From: Eledone cirrhosa | Lineage: Eukaryota | Direction: 5' to 3' | DNA length: 64,000 nucleotides | Assembly: GCA_964016885.1 (NCBI GenBank) | Contig: OZ024742.1 | Coordinates: forward strand, 369,272,001 to 369,336,000 | Shown: positions 42,655-53,555 of the stretch, piece by piece | How the letters are laid out: every line of letters starts with the position of its first letter | Position numbering within the stretch: position 1 is the stretch's first letter | The notes under the pieces: generated by a model | The model's input: the letters and a program-made list of their open reading frames with translations, nothing else | What the model was told of the DNA's origin: nothing | Databases searched by the model: none | Program-made: the position numbers and the translations under genes

Positions 42655-42775
42655 TTAATATAAAAATTGCTTGTACCAGAGTAGAACTGTTTCATTTGTA
42701 TTAAATCATCAGGGCATTCCTGATGATTTCATACCAATGAAACAGTTCTAGTCCTGTAGAAGCCATTTCTATCAT
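42655..42775. repeat. Imperfect ~55-bp inverted repeat; each arm carries a degenerate CTGATGA..GAAAC motif
   Basis: AGAACTGTTTCATTTGTATTAAATCATCAGG gcatt CCTGATGATTTCATACCAATGAAACAGTTCT; a related single arm lies at ~56115-56173. Confidence 0.75.
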
Positions 42776-42792
42776 ATATTGAATTTTCGCTA

Positions 42793-45090
42793 TATATATG
42801 TATGTGTGTCTGTGCGTGTGTCTGTGTCTGTGTGTGTGTGTGTGTGTCTGTGTGTGTGTCTGTGTATGTGTGTGTGTTTCTGTGTGTGTGTGTGTCTGTG
42901 TGAGTGCGTGTGTGTGTGTATGTGTGTGTGTATGTGTGTGTGTGTCTGTCTGTGTCTGTGTGTGTATGTGTCTGTGTATGTGTGTGTGTCTGTGTATGTG
43001 TGCCTGTGTGTGTCTGTGTGAGTGCGTGTGTGTGTGTCTGTGTGTGTGTATATGTGTGTGTGTATGTGTGTGTGAGTCTGTCTGTCTGTGTGTGAATGTC
43101 TGTGTGTGTGTCTATGTGTCTGTGTGTCTGTGTATGTATGTGTATGTGTGTGTCTGTGTATGTATGCGTCTGTGTGTCTGTATATGTGTATGTGTATGTC
43201 TGTGTATGTATGTGCCTGTGTATGTATGTGTCTGTATATGTATGTGTCTGTGTATGTATGTGTCTGTGTATGTATGTGTATGTATGTATGTATGTGTGTG
43301 TCTGTGTATGTATGTGTCTGTGTATGTATATATGTGTACGTCTGTGTATGTATGTGCCTGTGTATGTATGTGTGTGTGTATGTATGTGTCTGTGTATGTA
43401 TGTGTCTGTGTATGTATGTGAGTCTGTGTATGTATGTATGTATGTATGTATGTATGTATGTGTGTGTGTGTCTGTGTATGTATGTGTAAGTGTGTGTCTG
43501 TGTATGTATGTGTATGTGTGTCTGTGTAGGTATGTGTATGTGTGTGTCTGTGTATGTGTGTGTGTGTGTCTGTGTATGTATGTGTCTGTGTGTCTGTGTA
43601 TGTATGTATGTACGTATGTATGTGTGTCTGTGTAGGTATGTGTATGTGTGTGTCTGTGTATGTGTGTGTGTGTGTCTGTGTATGTGTGTGTCTGTGTATG
43701 TATGTGTCTGTGTATGTATGTGTCTGTGTGTCTGTGTATGTATGTATGTATGTGTGTGTCTGTGTATGTATGTGTGTGTGTGTCTGTGTGTGTATGTGTC
43801 TGTGTGTCTGTGTGTGTCTGTGTCTGTATGTATGTGTGTGTCTGTGTATGTATGTGTGTGTGTGTGTCTGTGTGTGTGTGTGTGTCTGTGTCTGTGTATG
43901 TATATGTCTGTGTGTCTGTGTATGTATGTGTATGTATGTGTCTGTGTATGTATGTGTATGTATGTCTGTGTGTCTGTGTGTCTGTGTATGTGTGTGTCTG
44001 TGTATGTGTGTGTCTGTATGTCTGTCTGTGTGTCTGTGTATGTATAAATGTATGTGTGTATGTGTGTCTGTGTATGTATGTATCCGTGTATGTATGTGTA
44101 TGTGTGTCTGTGTATGTATGTGTATGTATGCGGGTGTGTGTCTGTGTATGTGCGTATATGTGTGTGTCTATGTATGTATGTATGTGTGTGTCTGTGTATG
44201 TATGTGTATGTATGTGTATGTATGTGTGTATGTGTTTGTGTGTCTGTGTATGTATGTGTATGTGTGTGTCTGTATGTCTGTGTATGTATGTGTATGTGTA
44301 TGTATGTGTATGTGTGTTTCTGTGTACGTATGTCTATGTGTGTCTATGTATGTATGTGTCTGTGTATGTCTGTGTGTGTCTCTGTGTGTGTGTGTGTGTG
44401 TGTATCTGTGTATGTATGTGTCAGTGTATGTATGTGTATGTGTGTGTCTGTGTATGTATGTGTGTGTCTGTGTATGTATGTGTGTGTCTGTGTATGAATG
44501 TGTATGTCTGTATGTATATGTCTGTGTGTCTGTGTATGTGTATGTGTGTGTCTGTGTATGTATGTGTATGTATGTGTATGTCTGTGTATGTACGTGTATG
44601 TGTGTGTGTCTGTGTATGTATGTGTATGTCTGTGTATATATGTATATGTCTGTGTGTCTGTGTATGTATGTATGTGTATGTGTGCGTCTGTGTATGTATG
44701 TGTATGTGTGTTTCTGTGTATGTATGTGTATGTGTGCGTCTGTGTATGTATGTGTATGTGTGCGTCTGTGTATGTATGTGCATGTATGTGTATGTGTATG
44801 TATGTGTATGTATGTGTGTGTGTGTCTGTGTGTCAGTGTGTGTATGTGTCTGTGAGTCTGTGTATGCATGTGTGTGTCTGTGTGTGTATGTATGTGTATG
44901 TATGTGTATGTATGTGTATGTGTATGTAAGTGTATGTATGTGTGTGTGTATGTCTGTGTATGTGTATGTAAGTGTATGTATGTGTATGTATGTGTATGTG
45001 TATGTATGTGTATGTATGTGTGTGTGTATGTCTGTGTAAGTGTATGTAAGTGTATGTATATGTATGTGTATGTATTTATCTGTGTGTGTT
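42793..45090. repeat. Compound (TG)n/(TATG)n/(TCTG)n microsatellite, ~2.3 kb
   Basis: Directly visible low-complexity alternating purine-pyrimidine tract. Confidence 0.97.
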
Positions 45091-45134
45091 TGTCATTTCC
45101 TCAAATACAAGAATTCCTTGTTATTATTCTTTAC

Positions 45135-45320
45135 TGGATTGGCAGAATCGGTAGAGGGTCGGACGCCATGCTTTGAAGCATAGAGTTACGTCCCTTTATG
45201 GTCTGAGTTCGAATCCCGCCGAGGTTAACTTTGCCTCTCATCCTTACGGGGTCGATAAAATAAAGTACCAGTAATACACTGGGTAATTGCTGGCCTCGTG
45301 CCTAAAATATAAACAATTAT
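45135..45320 (+). mobile_element. tRNA-derived SINE
   Basis: A-box-like TGGCAGAATCGG, B-box GAGTTCGAATCC, body TTTGCCTCTCATCCTTACGGGGTCGATAAAATAAAGTACCAG; homologous minus-strand copies at 62671 and 63611. Confidence 0.85.
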
Positions 45321-45544
45321 TCTTTACATGTAAGACTGTTGACAGTTGCTTCTGTCAGTTGCTACAGACTTGGTATAGTAGGGAGGGGGGAACATGTCAT
45401 TGTTTGGTGACTATTGTGTGGGTGTGAACTGTGTAGTGGGATGGTCAGGTCAGTTGAGTGGGAGGAGTGGGATGATTGAGCCAGATGTTAATGGGGGGGG
45501 GGGGGGCAGAAGAAGAGAGATGGGTTTTTTGTTCTACAAGTGGC

Positions 45545-45718
45545 ACATACACATACACATACACATACATATATAAAACATACATACATATACACATATA
45601 TATATATACATACATGTACTACATACATATATAAATACATACACACACATACATACATACATACATACATACATACATACATACATACATACATACATAC
45701 ATACATACATACATACAT
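45545..45718. repeat. (TACA)n microsatellite, first of several TACA tracts spanning 45545-50727
   Basis: Directly visible; further tracts at ~46188-46331, 46616-46653, 48083-48161, 48769-48869, 49477-49597, 50161-50420, 50704-50727. Confidence 0.95.
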
Positions 45719-46184
45719 GGTGGCTGCCAACTCGTTTTCGAGTACGGCCACTACTTTATATCCATGTAGGAGAACTCCTACCGAACGCTGAACGAGTGTA
45801 ACTTTTTAGTCCAGCCAGCGACTTGAAAACTCTGGTACAAACACTACACTTGTGACAATTATTGACACATAGTGCTGGGCCCATGGTTCCATGTGACGAC
45901 AAGTGCAGAGAGATCTCCAGATATAAAGCAATGCCTGGGCCGTGAAGCTTTTATAGTGAGCAAAGGCACAGCACAAAGCCAGTCCTACTCTCTTAACCAA
46001 GATGATATTTACCAAAAAGAAGAACAAGTCAACATCATTGGATACCATCAGGGTTGCAGGTGTTATATCAGAGTTTTCCTTCTCCTAGAATTCTGCCTTG
46101 ACAAAAGCTAAGGGGTCATCTCTCCTGGTGATTTTGGATGGCCATTGACTCTTAAGAGCTCCTTTGGCCTTTGACAGGTTTTTT

Positions 46185-46187
<3 letters not shown>
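45719..46187 (-). mobile_element. Non-coding ~607-bp retroelement, copy 1 (5'-truncated)
   Basis: Near-identical to 48162-48768 but lacks ~140 bp at the right end; flanked by (TACA)n on both sides. Confidence 0.75.
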
Positions 46188-46216
<29 letters not shown>

Positions 46217-46302
46217 CATAGATACATACATACATACATACATACATACATACATACATAGATACATACATACATACATACATACATACATACATACATA
46301 CA

Positions 46303-46335
<33 letters not shown>

Positions 46336-46337
46336 CC

Positions 46338-46581
46338 TTTCGATTGCAAGTTCAATTCTCAGACCGAGTGATGTGTTGTTTCCTTGAGCAAGACACTTTA
46401 TTTCACATTACTCCAGTTTACTCAGCTGTAGAAATGACATGATAGGGACTGGGGTCCCTATCATTCCACTGTAAAGTGGTCATGGAGGTGCCACGACAAA
46501 AAGCACCCAGCCCACACTGTAAATGAGGTTGGTGTTAGGAAGGGCATCTACCCTTGCAAGCAGGGAAAAAGCAGACGTAAA

Positions 46582-46616
<35 letters not shown>
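46338..46616 (+). mobile_element. Composite SINE: B-box-like remnant, CORE-like block, GGTTGGTGTTAGGAAGGGCATC block, RTE tail, (GAT)n
   Basis: GCAAGTTCAATTC; TCCTTGAGCAAGACACTTTATTTCAC; terminal CCCTTGCAAGCAGGGAAAAAGCAGACGTAAAATGATGATG shared with the RTE fragment at ~55811-55858. Confidence 0.7.
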
Positions 46617-46653
46617 ACATACATACATACATATATACATACATAGATACATA

Positions 46654-48082
46654 AACAGTGGCTCATAATGTGTTTGCTGTGCCTGTCATAACACCAACGT
46701 TTGGAATACTCAATTGGACGATAGACGAAATCCGAGCAGTTGATGTTGGAACTTGAGAAATACTGAACAACACCGGAAACTTCCACATCAACAGTGACAT
46801 AGACCACCTTTACTTGAAACATAAGCAGGGAGGCAGAGGACTAACATCAGTCCAGACAACATTTGAATGTCGCATCATATCTCTCCGACAACATCTACGA
46901 ACCTCGAAGCGTAGGAGCCCGTTTCTCGAGCAATTCTATCTGCATGAAACAGATAAGATCATGAGAGTTGGGAAGGAACTCCTTGAGAGATATTCCCTGT
47001 GTGATAATCAAAAACTCACACCCAGGGATGTCGCTCAGCAGTATCACAGTGAATCCATGAATGAAAAACTGCATGCCTATCAGCAAAAAATCATGCATGG
47101 ATATGTTGCCAGGAAACTCCAGAGTGAGAGTAATATAGATAAGGAAAGTAGTCTATCTTGGACCAACAACCTCTATATTGGCTCCCACTTTGAAGGATAC
47201 GCTTTTGCAATCCAGGAACAGGAGACTAGCACGAAATACCTGATTCACAAAAGAGATAGGGTTGCAGGCAAAACACCTAGATGTGATAACAAGTGCAGAC
47301 TCTGCAGAACTAACATCGAGGATATCACCCATGTCATCAGCAGCTGTCCAAAGATGTCATCGCGGTACTATCTACCTATGAGGCATGATATAGTGGCCAA
47401 AACACTGTACAATGCAGTTCGTAAAAAGGATAGCCCCGATAATAAACACATTAAAAGCTACAACAATATGGAAGACATCCATGTACATAATATGAAAGAG
47501 TACTGGTGGAATGTTCCAGTAAAAAACCCAATAAAATGAAGGCATAACAGACCAGATATTATGATATGGGACAGGGAGAAGAAAACATGCACAGTAGTGG
47601 AAATTAGTTGCCCAGCAGATGCCAATATAATATCAAAGATTAGTGAAAAGGAGAATATTTATGCAGAACTGATGAGAAATCTGCAGATACTCCACCCTGA
47701 TTACACCTTCAGATTTATGCCTGTGATTATTGGGGCACTGGGGTATGTTAGTAACTGCCTCAATACAAATCTTGAGAAGCTAGGCTTCACAGGAACAGAA
47801 AGAACACAACTACTTAGGAAATTACAAGTACAATTCATTAATGGAACAGTAAAAATTTGTAAAACATTCCAAACATTTTGCATCTAATAACTGCATATAC
47901 ACATGTACTGAAAACATCCACATCCACACATACAATAACATCCATATCTACACATGCATGCATACATACATATCTACCTAGTTGATGTTGTGTAAATTCC
48001 AATGAGAGAGTCTTGTGTCTATGTTAGAAACCGACTCTCTCTCTATTGGGAAAAAATTTGTGAAATTATAAAACCAGAAGAA
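46654..48082 (+). mobile_element. 5'-truncated R4/Dong-like non-LTR retrotransposon (RT C-terminal region, CCHC knuckle, restriction-like endonuclease), decayed
   Basis: AHNVFAVPVITPTFGILNWT..LYLKHKQGGRGL; CRLCRTNIEDITHVISSC; RHD; RHNRPDIMIWD..VVEISCP..KEN.Y; PVIIGALG; in-frame stops near 46755 and at 47537-47539; (TACA)n on both flanks. Confidence 0.9.
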
Positions 48083-48161
48083 CATACATACATACATACA
48101 TACATACATACATACATACATACATACATACATACATACATACATACATACATACATACAT

Positions 48162-48768
48162 GGTGGCTGCCAACTCGTTTTCGAGTACGGCCACTACTTT
48201 ATATCCATGTAGGAGAACCCCTACCGATGCGCTGAACGAGTGTGACTTTTTAGTCCAGCCAGCGACTTGAAAACTCTGGTACAAACACACACTTGTGACA
48301 ATTATTGACACATAGTGCTGGGCCCATGGTTCCATGTGACGACAAGTGCAGAGAGATCTCCAGATATAAAGCAATGCCTGGGCCGTGAAGCTTTTATAGT
48401 GAGCAAAGGCACAGCACAAAGCCAGTCCCACTCTCTTAACCAAGATGATATTTACCAAAAAGAAGAACAAGTCAACATCATTGGATACTACCAGGGTTGC
48501 AGGTGTTATATCAGAGTTTTCCTTCTCCTAGAATTCTGCCTTGACAAAGGCTAAGGGGGTCATCTCTCCCGGTGATTTTGGATGGCCATTGACTCTTAAG
48601 AGCTCCTTTGCCCTTTGACAGGTTTTGTTTTTAGTCCTGCAGGATGTCCAAAGTCACCCTCCTCACCAAGAATCCTTGGTGGGGTTGCTAGTTTAGTCGC
48701 CAATGACCCAACCATGGGACAGGTTGTACTGGGATACATGTTACCAGTAGCACCAACTAGTGACCTGA
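48162..48768 (-). mobile_element. Non-coding ~607-bp retroelement, copy 2 (longest form)
   Basis: GGTGGCTGCCAACTCG...TGACCTGA on + strand, bounded by (TACA)n; no credible ORF. Confidence 0.75.
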
Positions 48769-48869
48769 CATACATACATATATATACATACATACATACA
48801 TACATACATACATACATACATGCATACATACATATATATATACGTATATATATACATACATACATACAT

Positions 48870-49476
48870 GGTGGCTGCCAACTCGTTTTCGAGTACGGCC
48901 ACTACTTTATATCCATGTAGGAGAACCCCTACTGATGCGCTGAACGAGTGTGACTTTTTAGTCCAGCCAGCGACTTGAAAGCTCTGGTACAAACACTACA
49001 CTTGTGACAATTATTGACACATAGTGCTGGGCCCATGGTACCATGTGACGACAAATGCAGAGAGATCTCCAGATATAAAGCAATGCCTGTGCCGTGAAGC
49101 TTTTATAGTGAGCAAAGGCACTGCACAAAGCCAGTCCCACTCTCTTAACCAAGATGATATTTACCAAAAAGAAGAACAAGTCAACATCATTGGATACCAT
49201 CAGGGTTGCAGGTGTTATATCAGAGTTTTCCTTCTCCTAGAATTCTGCCTTGACAAAGGCTAAGGGGTCATCTCTCCCGGTGATTTTGGATGGCCATTGA
49301 TTCTTAAGAGCTCCTTTGCCTTTTGACAGGTTTTGTTTTTAGTCCTGCAGGATGTCCAAAGTCACCCTCCTCACCAAGAAACCTTGGTGGGGTTGCCAGT
49401 TTAGTCGCCAACGACCCGACCATGGGACAGGTTGTACTGGAATACATGTTACCAGTAGCACCAACTGGTGACCTGA
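48870..49476 (-). mobile_element. Non-coding ~607-bp retroelement, copy 3 (longest form)
   Basis: Same two ends as copy 2 with scattered substitutions; bounded by (TACA)n. Confidence 0.75.
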
Positions 49477-49597
49477 CATAGATACATATACATATATATA
49501 CATACATATACATACATACATATACATATATATACATACATACATATACACATATATACATACATACATACATATATATACATACATACATACATAT

Positions 49598-50159
49598 GGT
49601 GGCTGCCAACTCGTTTTCGAGTACGGCCACTACTTTATATCCATGTAGGAGAACCCCTACCGAAGCGCTGAACGAGTGTGACTTTTTAGTCCAGCCAGCG
49701 ACTTGAAAACTCTGGTACAAACACTACACTTGTGACAATTATTGACACATAGTGCTGGGGCCATGGTACCATGTGAGGACAAGTGCAGAGAGATCTCCAG
49801 ATATAAAGCAATGCCTGTGCCGTGAAGCTTTTATAGTGAGCAAAGGCACTGCACAAAGCCAGTCCCACTCTCTTAACCAAGATGATATTTACCAAAAAGA
49901 AGAACAAGTCAACATCATTGGATACCATCAGGGTTGCAGGTGTTATATCAGAGTTTTCCTTCTCCTAGAATTCTGCCTTGACAAAGGCTAAGGGGTCATC
50001 TCTCCCGGTGATTCTGGATGGCCATTGACTCTTAAGAGCTCCTTTGCCCTTTGACAGGTTTTGTTTTTAGTCCTGCAGGATGTCCAAAGTCACCCTCCTC
50101 ACCAAGAAACCTTGGTGGGGTTGCCAGTTTAGTCGCCAACGACCCGACCATGAGACAGG

Positions 50160-50160
<1 letters not shown>
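49598..50160 (-). mobile_element. Non-coding ~607-bp retroelement, copy 4 (5'-truncated by ~45 bp)
   Basis: Same left end as the other copies; right end stops at CATGAGACAGGT, followed by (ACAT)n. Confidence 0.75.
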
Positions 50161-50195
<35 letters not shown>

Positions 50196-50337
50196 TACAT
50201 ACATACATACATACATACATACATACATGCATGCATACATACACATACATACATACATATATACATACATTCATACGTACATACATGCATACATACATAC
50301 ATACATACATATATACATACATATATACATACATACA

Positions 50338-50371
<34 letters not shown>

Positions 50372-50419
50372 CATACATACATACATACATACATACATAC
50401 ATACATACATACATACATA

Positions 50420-50704
50420 CAAATCCAGTATCCAAGATACACCTTTAGCTTCATACCCATCATTATTGGAGCTACGGGTTATATACCAACCCGTTTGGAC
50501 CAAAGTATGACTGAACTTGGATTTGCAGACAAAGAGCGCAGCTCCCTAAACTATAGACTACAAATGGCTGCGATAGCTGGCACCTTCAAAATTTGCAAAA
50601 CATTCTTGCGATTCAAGGGATGACAATTTCTTTTCTTTTACAACCTTGCCACCAGGAAGGTGGCCGGTCAAAAAAATATACTCGAAATTAAGAGAAAGAG
50701 ATAA
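50420..50704 (+). mobile_element. Short 3' fragment of a second R4/Dong-like RLE LINE family
   Basis: QIQYPRYTFSFIPIIIGATGYIP..ELGF..LQ..IAGTFKICKTFLRFKG* aligns with the C-terminus of the 47561-47887 ORF; different 3' UTR; TACA flanks. Confidence 0.85.
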
Positions 50705-50839
50705 CATACACACATACATACATACACAGGAACATATATATCAACAATAAGTGTGTCTTTGTTACAAGTCCACTCCCAGCACAAAAACTTCTAAACCAGA
50801 GGAACAATGATACATATTATTGTGTATGTATATAAATGT

Positions 50840-50870
<31 letters not shown>

Positions 50871-51214
50871 CATCCGCTTTTCCTACGCCATTTTGTTTCT
50901 GTGTGAAACAAAATGGCGTAGGACAGAACAAAGGAGAGGCACAGAAAGAAAAAAAAGGAATCCCCAGTCACTGAATAGGTCACAGAGTGTGTGACGAAAG
51001 AACTATGACTATATATAAACAACTATCTGGTTGTGGAACCAACCAACCAACCAGAAATTTATAAATTTGTAAATTTATAAATATATAATAAATTGAAGTG
51101 AAAGCAGCTGGTGCGTGTGTTTCTTATTGGCAACATGACCCTCCCAAAGTATAACAATATCGGTTTCAACACACGATTTCAGATAAAGAATCTTGCTAAA
51201 CAAATTCAGAAACG

Positions 51215-51278
<64 letters not shown>

Positions 51279-51330
51279 TATATATATATATAATTAACAT
51301 ATATATATGTTATATATATATATACACACA

Positions 51331-51563
51331 GACCACGCTGTAATGTGGTCGTGTAGGTAACACGGTAAAAAGTTCCCAGTTCCACACTGTAAAAGTGGTT
51401 GGTGTTAGGAAGGGCATCCAGCCGTAGAAACCCTGCCACACAGTCTCATACGAGCGAGACATGGTCACCCGACCAGCCTTGCCTCAAGTGGGACAACTCC
51501 TGTCCAACCCGTGCTAGCGTGGAAAAGGGACGTTAAACGAAGATGAGGTTGATGATGATGATA
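51331..51563 (+). mobile_element. SINE fragment with RTE-type tail (same family as 41023 and 57200)
   Basis: GTGGTTGGTGTTAGGAAGGGCATCCAGCCGTAGAAA...GCTAGCGTGGAAAAGGGACGTTAAACG(ATG)n. Confidence 0.8.
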
Positions 51564-51676
51564 TGTATATATATATATATATAACATATATATATGTTAT
51601 ATATATATATATATATGTTTACATACATACATATTGTATATATATATATATGTGTGTGTGTGTTTGTATAGAGATC

Positions 51677-51732
51677 CCCAACTCTGCCCTCCTCACCTTC
51701 ACGTAAGTGAAGGTGAGGAGGGCAGAGTTGGG
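51677..51732. other. Perfect 26-bp inverted repeat with 4-nt loop GTAA
   Basis: CCCAACTCTGCCCTCCTCACCTTCAC GTAA GTGAAGGTGAGGAGGGCAGAGTTGGG. Confidence 0.95.
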
Positions 51733-51757
51733 AGCCAGGAATAATGTAACTACACAG

Positions 51758-53555
51758 CATCACCACCACCACCACCACCACCACCACCATCACCATCACC
51801 ACCACAATCATCATCACCACCACCATCACCATCATCGCCATCACCATCACCATCACCACCACCACCATCACCACCACCACCACCATCACCATCACCACCA
51901 TCACCATCACCACCACCACCACCACCACCACCATCACCACCATCACCACCATCACCATCACCATCACCACCAACAACACCACCATCAACACCATCACCAC
52001 CACCACCACCACCACCACCATCACCATCACCACCACCACCATCACCACCACCGCCACCAACATCACCACCATCACCACCACCATTACCACCACCACCATC
52101 ACCACCACAACCACCACCACCACCACCATCACCACCACCACCACCATCATTACCACCACCACCACTACCACCACCACCACCACCACCATCACCATCACCA
52201 TCACCACCACTACTACCATTACCACCACCACCACCACCACTACAAGCACCATCACCACCACCACCGCCACTACCACCATCATCACCACCACCACTACCAC
52301 CATCACCACCACCATCACCACCACCATCACCACCACCATCACCATCACCATCACCATCACCACCACCACCACCACCACCATCACCACCACCATCACCATC
52401 ACCATCACCATCACCATCACCACCACCACCACCACCACCACCATCACCACCACCACCACCACCACCACCACCACCATCACCACCACCACCACCACTACCA
52501 CCATCATCACCACCACCACCATCATTACCACCACCACCACTACCACCACCACCACCACCACCATCACCATCACCATCACCACCACTACTACCATCACCAC
52601 CATCACCATCACCACCACCACCACCATCACCACCACCACCACCACCACCACCACCACCACTACAATCACCATCAACACCACCACTACCACCAACATTCAC
52701 CACCACCACCACCACTACCACCATCACCACCACCATCACCACCACCACCACCATCACCACCACCATCACCACCACCACCACCATCACCACCACCATCACC
52801 ATCACCATCACCACCACCACCACCACCACCATCACCATCACCACCACCACCACCACCATCACCACCACCACCACCACTACCACAATCTCCACCACCATAA
52901 CCACCACCACCACCATCACCATCACCACCACCACCACCACCACCACCACCACCACCACCACCATCACCACCACCACCACCACCACTACCACCATCATCAC
53001 CACCACCACCATCATTACCACCACCACCACTACCACCACCACCACCACCACCATCACCATCACCATCACCACCACTACTACCATCACCACCACTACCACC
53101 ACCACCACCACCTCCACCAACACCATCACCACCACCACCAACACCACCATCATCACCTCTACCATCACCACCATCACCTCCACCACGACCACCACCACCA
53201 TCACCACCACCACCACCTCCACTACCACCATCATCACCACCACCACTACCACCATCCCCACAAGCACCACCACCACCATCACCATCACCACCACCACCAT
53301 CACCACCACCACCACTACCACCATCACCACCACCACCACCATCACCACCACCATCCCCACCACCACCATCACCATAACCATCACCACCACCACCACCACC
53401 ACCACCATCACCATCACCACCACCACCACTACCACCATCACCACCACCATCACCACCACCACCACCATCACCAACACCATCACCACCACCACCACCATCT
53501 CCACCACCATAACCACCACCACCACCATCACCATCACCATCACCACCACCACCAC
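51758..53555. repeat. (CAC/CAT)n trinucleotide array, ~1.8 kb
   Basis: Directly visible; source of the poly-H/V/G ORF artefacts. Confidence 0.97.

Noticed and set aside
42779-45176. Cys/Val/Met-rich ORFs
   Set aside because: Translations of (TG)/(TATG) microsatellite
49340-49476. Canonical HDV-like ribozyme, twister or tRNA head at the element 5' end
   Set aside because: No proper L3/P1.1 for HDV, no UAA cleavage loop in place for twister, no B-box for tRNA; kept only as an unclassified structured RNA candidate
45806-49991. Recurrent ~80-aa ORFs (MLGPW.., MVSND..) in the 607-bp element
   Set aside because: They recur only because the DNA copies are nearly identical; the MLGPW ORF has a GTG start, copy 2 disrupts the MVSND frame, and no domain is recognisable
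51533-53555. Poly-His / poly-Gly / poly-Val proteins (also 60239-62263)
   Set aside because: CAC/CAT repeats rarely contain stops in any frame; no unique coding context
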